From Chrysomallon squamiferum (lineage: Eukaryota > Animalia > Mollusca): a stretch of DNA of 64,000 nucleotides. Numbering within the stretch: the stretch's first letter is position 1; each line of letters opens with the position of its first letter. The position numbers and the translations under genes were made by a program. The notes beneath the pieces are model-generated. The model made no database searches. It was not told the origin of the DNA and saw only the letters and a program-made list of their open reading frames with translations. Below, one piece after another: positions 11,557 through 26,953 of the stretch. The stretch lies in assembly GCA_012295275.1 (NCBI GenBank), contig CM022671.1:23126001-23190000 (forward strand), read 5' to 3'.

Positions 11557-14071
11557 CACACACCAGATGTAAACGGGAAATTTGTTGGTGACCCCACAGT
11601 TAAACTGACCTGTAGTCATTTTTCTTTTTCTTTTAACATTTTTCTTTCCATTTTTTTATTAACGTTTTTTTTTTTTTTTAAAGTCAATCTTTTTTCAATT
11701 TTTTTCCCCATACACTTTTTTTTTGTTTGGACTCAATTTTTTTTTTCTTTCTTTCTTTTTCTTCTTCTTCTTTTTTTTTTTTTTTGTCCCTCATAATTTC
11801 TTTACTCACACCCCACCCATTCAAAATCGACCTTAATTATTACTAATTTTAAGGGTATTATTTAAAGTATAGTTCGATTGTTTTGAAGGAATTATATTTA
11901 AGAAGCAGAAGAAAATTTGAAGAAATTACATTTAGGATAAACCAGAGTTGTTTCCCTTGCATTGTTACAATCAGTTTGGAGAACCGAAGCTATTCGTAGT
12001 CTTTAGATAAATACACTAGTTTACAGTATTATTTAATATTTTTACTTCTTTGTGATAACCAAAAAGTGCTAAAGATTTTTATTCGTTGGGGCATTATTAC
12101 AAATACAAATGAAACAAAATATAAATTTCTGAAAGACTGATTAGAATTATCGAAATTAATATAAATAAAAACAACAACTAAACGATAGAAAACAAATATA
12201 TATATATATCGTATTTGAATAGAAATAATTAATGCTATACAAAACTTCAACTATCGTCAACTGATAATAAATCTGTTAACAAGACTGTCAAATTACCACA
12301 ACACAGAGATGCATTCAGTTGTATAGAAAATCTAAGACAAATAAAACGTGGACGCACACGATGAAAGAAACCAAGACGTAGGACTGTATTCTGTCATAGC
12401 ATTTTCAAACAGTGAGTGTATAGTTATCCCTGCCATCATCACTCTCCTATTAACCAATTAAAATGTTGTTGTTTTGCCAAGATTAGATTGTCTTCGTTAG
12501 AAGAATGTAGTTCCAACGTTTATCACAAAGTGAAATTTCAACAGATGTTATAGTTACCTTCCCCAGGTCGCTCGCATTTTATGTATATGTGTGCGTGCGT
12601 GTATATGCGTGTGTGTGTGTATGTATGTGTGTGTGTGTGTGTTTTATCATCTATCATCTAATTTCGGATAGAAATAATTATTAAGAATAATTAATTTTTA
12701 CATCAATCAGCTTTTCAAATGAAATTATTTATATATTTATCGTTGTCAAAATCAACATAGTTGCTCTTATGTATTTTATTGTTATTTTCTTTCTTCATTT
12801 TCTTCCTCTTCTCGTCTTCTTTTGTACCAGTGTATTTATCTTCACTGCGTAGAAATAAATGAATATATATTAAAAAGAGAAATGAATCCAAGATTTTAGA
12901 AAAAAAAGAAAAAAAAAGGAGACAGGTTTATAAATTTATAATATTCAAGGTTAAACTGATTTAATTAAAAGAAGAGAAATAGTAGTAGTAGTAGTAGTAA
13001 TAATAATAATAGTAGTAGTAGTAGTAATAATAATAGTAGTAGTAGTAGTAATAATATCAGAAAAATAGTGTATGCTTGTGATAGATGATGGTTGTATCAG
13101 AAATTCATTTTGCAATAATAATAATAATAATAAATAAATAATGTAAAAATAAATACATTTAGGGAACTGCCTTTTCATCAGCTGAATGTAAAGATATCGG
13201 TTCTCATGCTGCAACGCTCAAGATAATCTGACGTAAATCAACACAGGATCTTTTGATTAAAAAAAAAAAAAATAAGTTGCTTGAACTTCAGGTCCAAGCA
13301 CATTCGACAAACATACACATTCTTTTTCAAATTTTTTTTATCAAGATGACACGAACTTGAAAACGATGCCACCAGTTACAGACTGGCACTTTAAGACCCG
13401 ACGCTGCACTGAATACGACGAATTCTTAGCTACGTTTTTTCAGGACGAAACCTGCGCGGCGACTTACACAATTTCCACACACCCTTTCTGGCCTTAGGGC
13501 GTTCGTTGGAAATTGATTTTACGTTATCTCCGTCATTTCAGATGACGATGTATCGAAGAACGTGCGGAATACTATGCCGGTCTTTTTGCCGACAGCACCG
13601 TACACCATGTTTGTGAGAAAGTCTCCCAGTAAGACCTTTTGTTTTGTGTGTGGAGTTTTATTTCCGTTCTGACGGACGGTGATGATAGAGAATTCGTCAG
13701 AGTGGAAATCGGTCCTCTGTATTAACAATGTCGTATTTGTGCTGGAAGAGTGTTGCCCGGCAGCGCGTTATTCAATGTCCAAAGTTAATTAATAATTGAT
13801 GGTATAATTATTATTCTTCCCAGTTACGCACGTCCTTCCCCGCGAATGCAACGTCGAAACGGAAGTTCGACTTACGTCACTGTCAGAGATCTTTGTAGAA
13901 AGAAACACGGGCAGACTGCGAGAACGTCAGATCTGGCCACGTGCAGCAATCCGTCATTTTCAAAATATAACGTATGGTAATACAGATATCAGATATATGA
14001 ATGCTTATATATATACAAATGAAGAAAAAGAGAGAGAGAGGGGGAAAGTATAGAGAGAGTGAGAGTGTTTT

Positions 14072-14180
<109 letters not shown>

Positions 14181-14225
14181 TACACATAAATAAATAATCT
14201 TTTATACATGCTGATTAATAATCTA

Positions 14226-14261
<36 letters not shown>

Positions 14262-14874
14262 GATCGGTTTTTAAAATCGGTTGGAAATAGGTACATTAAT
14301 GCATAAACAGGTTATTTGGTGTTATCTTTTAAAAAGAAGAAGAAAGAAGAAACACAAGAAAAGAAAAAAAAAAAAAAAAAAAAAAAAAAGGAAAGAAAAA
14401 GGAAAAGAAAGCAATGTAAAAGCAAGTTATCCATTTATTAAATTTTGGTAGGTTTCGCTGCTAAAGGCGTCAGAGAGTAAACATGCTGAACAAACACTGC
14501 GCAGTCGTCACCCCGATAAAAACAGGGGAGATAATCTAATCGTTGTCGTTTAGCCGTCCAGAATTTATGTAATTAGATGAACAAATTCGACAAACTCAGT
14601 TATCGTCACTGCGCCTCTGCGGAATCGTTAGATGTCAATACGCAAGTCACTTAGGTCCAAAACGTATGGAGAAGAAAAGAATGACAAAAGATTTGATGGG
14701 GAAAAAAAAAAAAAAAAAAAAAACCAATAAAAAAGGAAGCAATGAATAGCTTTTCCCAATGATGACAAAAAAAAAAAAAAAAAGCGGTAGAAGACAAAGA
14801 AACGACAAAACAATAGAACCTTAATTCAATGATGATGAAACCCGGCTTTGATTTATAGAGACAAATAGTTTATA

Positions 14875-14882
14875 AAATAATA

Positions 14883-14958
<76 letters not shown>

Positions 14959-15004
14959 TAACAATTATAATAGTACTGTTAATACTAATAACAATACTGA
15001 TTGT

Positions 15005-15065
<61 letters not shown>

Positions 15066-15098
15066 GCTACTACTACTACTACTACTAATATTAATAAT
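14875..15098. repeat. Compound (AAT)n/(ACT)n microsatellite
   Basis: Direct inspection. Confidence 0.95.
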
Positions 15099-15209
15099 GT
15101 GTTTATTTATGTATTTATTTTAATACACTGAATCTGACAAATGCCGGTCGTTTACTACTACACTGTGAACATGAGCTGTGTAATATTTGCATAACGAATA
15201 TCATTATAA

Positions 15210-15255
<46 letters not shown>

Positions 15256-16235
15256 TGCCATATCCTTATTAGTATTATTATTATTACTGTAACAATAACA
15301 ACAACGACGAAGCCTATACCAGCACCAGCAATAATAAAAACAACACACATACACACACATACACACGCCATAAACGTATCTACCTGAAATCTCCAGTGAG
15401 TTTCTTTTGTTGTTGATGTTAACCCACACATGACAAACTTAGACCTCTGTCTCATAATCTGATTAATAAAACATTACAGTTATATTTAAAAAAAAATATA
15501 TATAAGCTCTCTAGAGAAAATAACCTTCAGAACAAACGAATCTCTACAGGACTGTTTATATTAATTAAATACTTCTCTGCATATATTGTTTTAAACCCAA
15601 ATGAAAAAGTATTCAGGTTTCGCCTACGAGGATTATAATAAACAGAACGAAAATATATTTAATTTCAAAGTGTGTTTAGACTCGAAAAGCTTTAGGACCA
15701 TTGCAGAGGATAAATATATATCACTAATGACATATGTGAAATATTACACAGCAAAGCAAGTTATCTCAAATGATTTATTTTAGCATAAAAATCTATTTAA
15801 AATATTCGTATTTCAGCGTGCACTTTAATGACCGGATTAGAAATAAATAAATGCTGTTATGATTAAGAAGTGTTTGGAAATAAATATTATTATTATTATT
15901 ATTAGTGTGAGGGATAAAATAATTTGGAAATTTCATATTTTTTTTTTTTTTGCTTATGTAATTTAATATTTGTGGGAGAAATATGCACATATTTAGTATT
16001 AAAGAAAATAAAATAAAATGAACAATAGGACAGAAAAAAAGAAGAAAAAGAATGAAATAGACATACAAAAGAAAAAGAAGAAAAAAAACCCCGAATGAAA
16101 TAGACATAAAAAAAAAAAAAAAAAAAAGAAATAAAGATAAACAGACGATACACAGATAGCCAGACAGACGACAGACAGAATCATAGATAAATAAACAGAC
16201 TGATAGAAAAATGGATACATAAAAACATCTGAGAT

Positions 16236-16303
<68 letters not shown>

Positions 16304-16916
16304 GGGTAAGAAAGTTACTGAACAAATGAGAAAAAAAAAAGAGAAAAATCAAATACGGTTACGGGTATCTTAATAAAGAATATTTTAATTTCATCACTAT
16401 TCTTCACTATTTTATTATTATTACTATGATTTTTATTATTATTATTATTATTTAAATTAGCCATTATATAAATATTCAGCCCACCAACGCTGTAACGCAA
16501 ATCGTTAAGTAAGAACACCATAAAAGTTTTCAGAGCGTTTTCAGGAGAAAATTCAGAAATAACATTCGAACTCAGTTTAGTTCTGTTGCTGCGGGCAGAC
16601 CAGAAGAAAGGCAATCAGCTGGAAGAATTAGCTTCCATCACCCGCAAACGGCCAGCTTGGAGGCAGCAATCGATTTGTGGCAGGAGAGAGGTACTGCGGG
16701 ATGTTTCGCTAGATCATCTTTAAGACGCTGCAGATAGCTTTTGAGAATCGACTCGTATCTTCTCGGAGCGCTAGCGATTATGTGTCCCTGACGGCGTATC
16801 ATAACATTTGATCTATGCAGTCACCCAGTTGTAATTAAGCGACTGCCTTTCTTCGAAGCCTCTCGCCACTGGCGAAAGATGTTTTGTTGGAGATGAAGAG
16901 AGCAGATTTTTCGAGC

Positions 16917-17115
<199 letters not shown>

Positions 17116-17274
17116 GCATTTAATAAACTATTTAAATATTTGCAGTGAATAATCAGAAAACCAAAAAATGATGATGATGATGATGATGACGAAAAAACGA
17201 TGCCTGTCATGAAAATAAATTCATCTCTCTTCTTTATACTATTACAACTATCACCATGATCGCTGCCACCTGTC

Positions 17275-17450
17275 ACTACTACTACTACTATTACTACTAC
17301 TACTACTACTACTACTACAATTACAGCTACCACTGCTACTGCTGCTGCTACTACTACTACTACTACTATTACTATTACTATTACTACCACTATTATATTC
17401 ATCACCAACACTACCACCATTATTACCACTACTACAATAACTACTACAAC
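17275..17450. repeat. Degenerate (ACT)n/(ACC)n microsatellite
   Basis: Direct inspection. Confidence 0.9.
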
Positions 17451-18190
17451 TTCTTTGCTGCCAGTATCACCATCCCAGCTTACTGCAACACTGCTGATAA
17501 AACACTCCCCCATGAAGTTAAAAAAAATACTGAAAAACCTTACACATACATGTTATCATTTATGCATAAGATATTTATTCATATAAATAAACATAGCCTT
17601 TGTCAAAAATCAAAAAAAAAAAAAAAAATATATATATAAATTTTTTAAATTAAAGAAATTTTTTATTTAAAAAAAAAAAAAAAAAAAAAAATATTAATAG
17701 AAAAAACGAGAAAATATATTAAAACATCTCTTGTACACTAGAAAACGCACGCAAAAACGCCAAAGCCATAAAACATTTTAGTATTGCTACAAACGTCCGA
17801 CCTTTCATCGCAAGATCCAGCTAAACGCTTTAATGTTACATTTTATTCCAAAATCTAATCAGTATTTTGTCATCATTTTTCGCCCCCTGTCGTCTTCCTT
17901 TGATTTATTTCCTATCTTTTTTACGCTCTAACCTCTTGGCTCTGGATTCCCCGCAGAGAGCGGAGGAATCAAATGCAGATGTTGAGAGCTGTTACAAAAC
18001 ACGTATCGGACCACTTATTGAGTTTTCAGAGAACTATGTTAATTGTTACTTAAAGAAAAAAGCATGACAGGATGGTAAATAAGGACATTTTGGAATTAGC
18101 ATTTAATTCACAGAGACATATATGTATGTATATATACATAGCCGTCTTTGTTGATTATGTGCTTGTGTTTGTATGTTAGTGAGAATGTGT

Positions 18191-18221
<31 letters not shown>

Positions 18222-18829
18222 GCGTGCACATGTACGTGGAATATGTAAATGTATCTTTCTAAGCGTGCGTGTGCTTATGGATGAGCATTCATATGATTTC
18301 TAAATTATCGCTAAAGAAACAAATATCGAATTGATAATTGAATTAAAATACTATTTTAATATTGGAACGATTGAATTCCAAAACTCTTTAGACATCTATT
18401 CTTCCATTTTTTTATGTATATCTTTTTTTATGGTTACTCTGAAAATAACTTTATTTCACCTACTCATTCGGGTTCAAAACACCTGTCATTTATCCAAAAA
18501 AAACCACACACACTAAATAAAGTTATTTATAATCTCAATTAAACCAACATTTTTAATTTCAGTGTAATAATTTACATTTTTATAACTGTCAGTCATATTA
18601 AAAATAATAAAAAAAATAAAATAATCAGTTCAAATCAGAACACAAGATAAATAAATAAAAAAAACCCAACAACAACAACAAAAACAAACATGAAAAAATT
18701 AATATATATTATATGTATAATTACTATATATATTTATGTTTGAATGAATGTATGTCTCTCTTTTTGTTTATTTCATTATATATATATTTATTATTTTATT
18801 TGGTTCCCTGGGTCTTTTTCAAACAGATT

Positions 18830-18861
<32 letters not shown>

Positions 18862-18969
18862 TACTCAAACAAAAGAAGGAGAGAGAAAAAAAAAAGGGAA
18901 AAAAAATACAACTACTGTAGCTTTCCATGACAAGAAACAATAACTTATATAGAAAAATGATTACTAGCA

Positions 18970-19405
18970 GTAGCACGTGGACATCAAAATTAGGTACGTA
19001 CCTGTATATTGCACGTTAATCAAAACAAAAAAAAGTCTCTCTACGATTTGCCGTCAAAACCTGTTAATAATCCCTCTTTGATCTCACGTTTCATATCTTC
19101 AATTACATTTCCGTTAAAACCTTTCTTTTATTACACCCCCATCCGTTAATCAAACTACTGGTTTCTACGAAATTAGTCTTCGCAATGTACGAGAAAGTAA
19201 TACATGCCACTTACCCGGGCACGTGCGCTCGCGCTAGCTCGTCGCGTGGAGGTCGTCTGCAGTGGACGCCATTTTGATAACCGGCGGCGTGTCCATTTTA
19301 GAAGCTGACGAGCCATCCTTTTACAGAAATGAGTAAGAACATGGACAGATGATTGCTAGTTATTTCAAGGAGGTAATTGTGTTTTGTACGAGTCCACGTG
19401 TCTGA
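18970..19405. promoter_or_regulatory. CpG-rich promoter-like island with three E-boxes and a YY1/Pho-like motif
   Basis: CACGTG at 18974, 19220 and 19395; CGCCATTTTG at 19267-19276; dense CpG at 19215-19312; minus-strand donor CGG|GTAAGT at 19215/19214. Confidence 0.4.
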
Positions 19406-20691
19406 TTAAAGGTCGTAGTTTCATGAAGAATAATTATTAGTTTTAAGAGGTTGTTAATCTGATGGGAAGATAATCCCATACAGAACCACACGCTTTATGG
19501 CCAATAAGCAGGTATAATTAATATACCAGATTCAGGCTTTAGTTTAAGGCTATATGTATGTGAGAAAGAAAGAAAGAGACGTTTTGTTTTCTGTTACTTT
19601 GTTTTGTTTGTTTTTGTCCATTCAACTGATAATATATATTTTAATATGGTCAATATAACGTTAAAAAATATCGTAACTATTACTATTTAAAATATATTAA
19701 AGAATATATATTTTAAATACAAACATTTACAATAAACAACAAGCTTATCGATAACTACTGTTATCACTATCGTAGTGCTTCGACTTTCGCTTTGATATAT
19801 TATTTTCATCTCCATTGCTTTCTTTTTTGTCGTGGAAGTGCTAAGCCAAACGATTATATCTAAAGACAAACCAGAGAAAGAAAATTATTTAAGAAGATTA
19901 AAGTATTTGAAAACACTGTAGGAGTAATTTATTTTTAAACAAACCAAGTCGTGATCCGAACTGGCATGTGTCATCTGGCTGAATGTCCAAACAGATACAA
20001 AATATATTTTTAAAAAATCTGCCAAGGAAGGAGGGGTCAATTTCCAGTATGACACTCGATGTTACGTAACTAATTAATTTCGCTGGCTTCCTGGACAATG
20101 GTGACCCGTAACAGTTATAATAGAAGGCGTGACACGTAAGACATCGATAAGAGCAGTGATATCTGACGGCACGTTTAGCGTAATCGTACATATTGTTTTG
20201 TTTGTTTGTTTGTGTGTTATTTTTGTTTCTTTTAATCTGTTTTGCCGATTTTGACGGTTAATCGGATAATCCTCTGTTTTAACAAAACATGTCATTATTT
20301 GTCCCATTGTCGAAGTGATGTCATTTCACACTTTGTGATGACTTTGTAATAGAAAACAGTTAAACTGCATACCTTGGGTCTTGAATGACGTATTTTCTAC
20401 ATAAAATTATGAAAATATTTTACAGTTGCAAAACGATCCATCTCTCGCTGTTTGAGTCTGGCGTTTGTGGATATGTCATGACTGGCGTGCTAACATGCAC
20501 GAAGTCGTGAAATTATACTTAATGTCGTTATCAACCACTGCTTCAGATTTATTGGTGCAGTTGTCATGAATGCAGTGTGAATAATCCGTTATAAAATTTA
20601 AATAAATGTTTGTGTACTCTACGATTCTTGGTTCGTGATTTCTTGTATGCAAATATTAATAAGGGTCAGCAGACGAGTGAATGAGTGTGCA

Positions 20692-20804
<113 letters not shown>

Positions 20805-21718
20805 AAAACAAAAACTAGGTAAGTAAATATTATTTACCATAGGTTGTTTGTTATAACTATCAAATATAACAGATTTGTATTATAATTCCTGATATGTCTG
20901 ACTAAACAGAGTGTGATAGCATAACCAGGAAGCAAATTAAAAATGTTCGAATACTTTATACATCACGCTTAAACATTCAGCATAATAAAATATGCGGAAA
21001 AATAACACAGAGATAACATCACGTTTCATCAGATATGAGACTAATATGCATCATCTGCGCGCGCACACACACACACACACACATATATATACAATATCAC
21101 CATAATTACTTCTAAATCATTTTATCTTTTCAGCATAATATATCCGAGAGAAGGTTTAAAAAGAAAAAAAAAAATTAAACTTCTAACTCTATGGATGGAT
21201 TTAGCATGAACTGTCATTTCAAATCAGCTCGATTCTCTTGAGCGAGGCGTTCAGGTCTCGACATCTAGCATTGCGTAATTAATTAATTTTCTGGCACTTC
21301 CATTGCAATGGTCTGTCTAATCGCTGCGTATTAAACACACATCAGTTAATGTCGTCCCCTGTTTATCTCCGCCCCTCGTGAGCTGGTCCCGCTTTGTTGT
21401 AAGTACATCGTGTCCCAGTAACGACCTTTTAATACGATGTGGTTTACTATACACAATGCAGAAATTATTGAAGCAATGATTGGGCGATTGATAGAAAGCA
21501 TTGTTGAGGATTTTTCACTCTCTTTATCGCTCCATGATCGGTAAGTATCATGAGATGCACGTCAGTTAACAAGTGAAGTGTTTGGTACAGTTGAAATACG
21601 AATTTCTGGCTGTCATTTGTCCTTTCAGTCAATAACAATTTGCAGTGATCTTCCCTGAAAGAAAGAAAAAGGATGAAACACTGATACTTTTTTTTGTTGT
21701 TGTCTAAAATCATAATTT

Positions 21719-21722
<4 letters not shown>

Positions 21723-21807
<85 letters not shown>

Positions 21808-21833
21808 ACCCCCTCTCTCTCTCTCTCTCTCTC
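21723..21833. repeat. (CT)n microsatellite
   Basis: Direct inspection. Confidence 0.97.
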
Positions 21834-22718
21834 GTGTGTATGACTATGATGACGGATGAAATATGATTATATGTAACACATATAATGTATTGCTTTGATA
21901 AAAGATAGAAACTGCTAGTCTTATTTAATCTTACCATCTTGCTTCTTTCAAAAACAGCAATAAAATATCGCATCTTAACTTATATTTTTTGCATACAAAG
22001 AAAATTTTGTTAAATAAATCACGCAGAAAGGAATTTTTTTGAACTTTTTTTTTTTTTTTTTGATTTACTAGTGCACTAGACACCTCATAACTGGAGTTAA
22101 CGTCATTTACAAATTAAATACACTGTTTTATATGTTCTGTGATGTAAAGTGTGTCTTGTCAAAGTTATTTTGATTGGATGTGTTACAGGATGAAGCCATT
22201 TGGCTAAACTTGTAATAACAAAAAAAAAAAAAAAAAGAATCAAGAAAAAAAAAAAAATTAAGAAGTTATAGAAAATGATAACAGTAAAATAATAATCTTA
22301 ATAGCCTATTTTTTTTTTTTTTTTTTTTTTTTTGGTAAAGAGTCAAACTATAACTCCGTGTTGCGGTTTTATTAATTCTAGTTGACAGGCGATACATTCT
22401 GCAACATAGCACACTTGTCAAATTTGTCACGACCCATCAGTCGTCGAGTAAAAGGTTCTTTTTTTCAAATCGAATTTAGTCTGTGATGTTCATGCGATAA
22501 TTGCGTGATGATACTTGATGTCTTGCAACTCCTCGGAATATTGGATCCGGTTAGCATCACGGCGGTGTCGTGTTGGACGTGTGAACTCACGTTTCCTACG
22601 ACAACTTCGGCATTAGACATGGTCTGCTGTGCGGTTTTATCCTCTTTTGGTATTTTGATAATACCGTCGTTGTGACATCTGAGGCGAAAAGGTTAATCCA
22701 CTGCACCGAAGTTGGCCG

Positions 22719-23003
22719 GTTATTAGGATAGAACACTTGCTAGTTATTAGGACAGGCGATCTGCGAGTCAATATGATAGAAGATGTTAACTAGGACATTT
22801 TAAGAGATGGCTAACTGTTAGGATAGAACATTTGCTAGTTATTAATAAACGAGATTTGAGAGTTATTAGGATAGGAGATCTGTTAGTTACTGGGATAGGA
22901 GATTGTGAGTTAACAGTATAGGACATTTGCGAAATAGTAGTTAGAACATTTGCGAGGTATCAGGATAGGAGGTCTGCGAGTTATTAGTAAAGGACATTCT
23001 GAC
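22719..23003. repeat. Degenerate ~24-bp minisatellite, about 11-12 units
   Basis: Recurrent units such as GTTATTAGGATAGAACACTTGCTA, GTTATTAGGACAGGCGATCTGCGA and GTTATTAGGATAGGAGATCTGTTA. Confidence 0.85.
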
Positions 23004-26000
23004 AGTGGCTGTTAGAACTAATCTAGCAATTTAACTACAACTTTTCTGTCTGAATCTGCATCATATACATCGGTTTACTGTAATAGGTACTTCAGTCATT
23101 GATTATTTATCTGAAATATATTTATGACACGATATAACGTTATTTTTGGATTGTTATTCGTTGTTTGTTTTTTTGTTTTCTTTCTATTTTTCAAAACAAT
23201 AAATAAATTATTATTATTTTTTTTTCAAGCTAATGCAATTTGAATTTAACACCAACATTAATCATTAAAGGTTTCACAACTATAGTTTATATTCTGTTCT
23301 TTTACAGTGTGTTCAGTTGGATACAAGTATGATGCTATAAGCAGCCATAAAATAAAGCTATGAATTGGTAGCATAAAAAAAAAAAAAAAAACATGAAATA
23401 GATTCGAACTATTTGTTGTATAATTCAATTATACTGTAATTCAGAACAGCAATTCACAAACAAAAGAAAGTTAAACTTTAATTTCTTAGAAATCATAACG
23501 CAGACAATTAGACATTTAAGAAAAAAACACAGAAAAAGTCAGAGTCAAAACCTAACCAGTACGAAACAGAATAACTGCAAGGATCTTAACAATGATCTAC
23601 TTATCTACCAGGATAAATTAATTACGATAGGTGACACTCGTGAATTGCATAACTAATTAATTTATCAACAACCTCCTTATGGTCAAAAAGAAATTAGCTT
23701 TTGTCACTGCGACCTGTGGTACTTCGCTGTGGCTTTTCGTTTTTTTGTCGACTGCTCGGACTGCTCGTCTCACTAAGACAGGCTAGGCTGCACAATGAAA
23801 GAGATGATTGCGTGATACGTGCATGATGATAGTTTACTTTGTCCGCTGATCTCACACGCTTCGGGGTATCGAAGTCACACTGAAAGTCACACTAATTTCG
23901 TATGCTAAGCTCCAGCGAAGCCTTTTAGTGAGTAGAAGACTATATGGATCACGCTTAATCCATCGCGTGGGAAAAACGTACAGCCTGGTGTTATGTAAAC
24001 CTCATAGTTTATGAGGAAATCAGCTCTTATTAAATTGTGATTTTTATTTCAAATAGTACTTTACTAATTCTGTTTCATAAAGGTTATTTTTTCTTATTTT
24101 TTTTTTTTTTTTTTTTTCTTAAATGTACCTTAGTGATAAATGGGTTATTATAAGTCTATTAAAAAAAAAAATGAAAGAAATATATGCTTTTGACACAGTA
24201 AGCATAGAATAGAAGAAAAAAAAAAATTATTTTTATTCATGGGAAAGAAATAAACTGTATTTTATTTCCGAAATGGCGTATTTCTGTGACATGTTTCCAT
24301 CTAAAATTTTCATTTTTGATTTAAAATTTACATTTTCATCATAATCTTATGATATAATTAAGGTTCTGCACTCTGAAATATCACTTAAATTCCATTATGG
24401 TAAAACAAAGAAAGAAATATATTTAAAAAAAACAAAAAAAAAACAAGATTTATACTCAAAGTTTACTTTTTCACGAAAATCTTAATATATATATTTTAAT
24501 TCTAAATGTCATGAATAAAATAAACCGATACTATATGTAAAGAAAAACGTCAATAAAATATCTCCTAATTGTTTAGAGTTACTTGCTGAGGGATGCAGCG
24601 ATTTTCCCCGCTCATCTACAAACAAAAATCATTTATTAATAAATGTTGGTAATGAAATGCGTTGAAAAATTATGCCTAACAGTCAGTAGTTAATATGTCA
24701 TCTATTTTGTGTTGTTGTTTTTTCCGATCTAGGAAAGGAGAGGTAATTACAACGTAAAACTGTACGATGGCGATATTTTATCTTAATTAACCTTGACATT
24801 TTTTATTTTATTTTATTTTTAAATATCTAAACAGATATGGTTAAACCAGTTTTTTAAAAATCGCAGGAAAGAGTCGTTGTCAGAAAGTTATGGGATAAGA
24901 ATGGAATAATTAAAAAAAAAAAAAAAAAAAAAAAAATATAAAACATTTCAAAATATGTACTGAAGACAAAACATCAAGATTTTTTCAACAGGTTATGTAT
25001 GATTCGATTGCACGTACAGTATATATGAGTAAAAAAAACAAACACCCCAAAACAAACACCCCAAAACATACATCTATATATAATTTATAATTATATCCAT
25101 GTACGTTAAGCAGTAAATTAAACTAAAGCTTCACCATATATTATCACTTTCACAACAAACACCTTCCTCTCTGTCTAACGTGTACATTACTGACCTTGTG
25201 ATTAATTTCTGGGTTTGTTTTTTTATTGCAGTAAGGTATCTCACCTTGCACCTGTGACAGTATTTACCAAATCAATGTTTTATGGCTCCCTAACCTCTGA
25301 TCAAACTTTAGTACACCGCACACAAACCTTGCGACATGTGTTCAAGCCAGTTCGTCACAATTAAAATGATACAAAGACACCTGTTGTTTCGTCATAAACG
25401 CCTCGCAAAATGTCACATCAACTGACACCTAGTATATTTGTGCGTGTTTGGCAGTATGTGTGGGTGTGTTTTTTTTTTCCGTGTGTGTGCTGTCTAAGTA
25501 CAGACGTACTTATATCCGTGCCTACATGGTATGGTTTTATTTGCATATATCTATGTATGTATGTCTGAATGTACGTGTGTATGTGTGTCTGTATGTGTGT
25601 CGGTATGTCTTTAGCCATCCGTCCGTGTCATACTTATGCCCATAACTAAGTATGCACGTCCCTATGCAGTACATGCATGTATATTTGTATGTTCGAACGC
25701 GTACCTATGTGAGAAGGTAGATATGTGTGTGTTTATTGGCAGTTTTTGCTTTAGTCTAAGAGTTAAAGTTGTAAAGGTGACACCTCTTATTATACCTTCC
25801 ACAATTAATTGCACGCATTACAGAATATGAAAATATTGTCTCTGGCAGGTTGTCACTTGTATGTGTGAAATGTTTATGTATTCAATATTAATCTTGAAAG
25901 ACGTAGGATATGATGAACCATTTTGATAGTCCATTAAGTTTCTTTCCATTCCAACCTCTGCCGCAAAAGCACTATCAGAAGAAAGTAAAATAAAGCAAAA

Positions 26001-26422
26001 TAAAATCAAACAAAATAAAATCAAATCAAAAAGCAAGAGAAACCAAATTCTCACGCCTGTCACTAGTTTACTTAAGTCACGTTTTGTTAAGTAGTTGTTT
26101 GGGAAGCAGTACGCACCACTGCTTTGTCTAGGGGACATAACTTGATACAATGCAAAGTATATTAGCGGCCCTATACGCGATTGCATAGTTCGAACAAATA
26201 CCATTCAATTAAAAAAGAATTACCATATGGACCAAATCACATATGACAATCGTGACAATGATTAGTGATGTTTAGTGGGAGGGAGTAAACAGCTGTGACA
26301 CCAAATCTATTTCTAACATTCATTTTGCACGACTTATATGGCAGAGAAATTAATTAGTTACGTAACGTCCAAGAAATTATGACACCAGTTACTGTCAAAT
26401 AAAAGTAAAGAAAGACTGTGTT

Positions 26423-26469
<47 letters not shown>

Positions 26470-26874
26470 TAACTATGATATATTTGCCTGTCTTTATCCT
26501 CTAATTAGTTATGGCAAAAATGTGCATTATTAAAAAATAATAATAATTATAACAAAAAAGTAGAAATAAAAATAAATACATATAATACGCAATGTGTAAC
26601 GCAGATAATAATTATCTTATATTAGCATTAACCGCAGCAGTAGAAGTACAAACAGTAACTGTTATTACCTATTTATTGAAAAGTATAATATTTAATTAAA
26701 TCTGAACTACTAGTGTTTTAATGATGATGATGATGACAATGATAATAATAATAATATTAATAATATATTATTAGTAGTAGTATTCTTACACGTAGTAATA
26801 GTATCAGTAGTGGCAGTAGTAATAATAAAGGTCAATGTCGTAGATATACTAGTCATTTATATCGAATAATCAAA

Positions 26875-26953
<79 letters not shown>

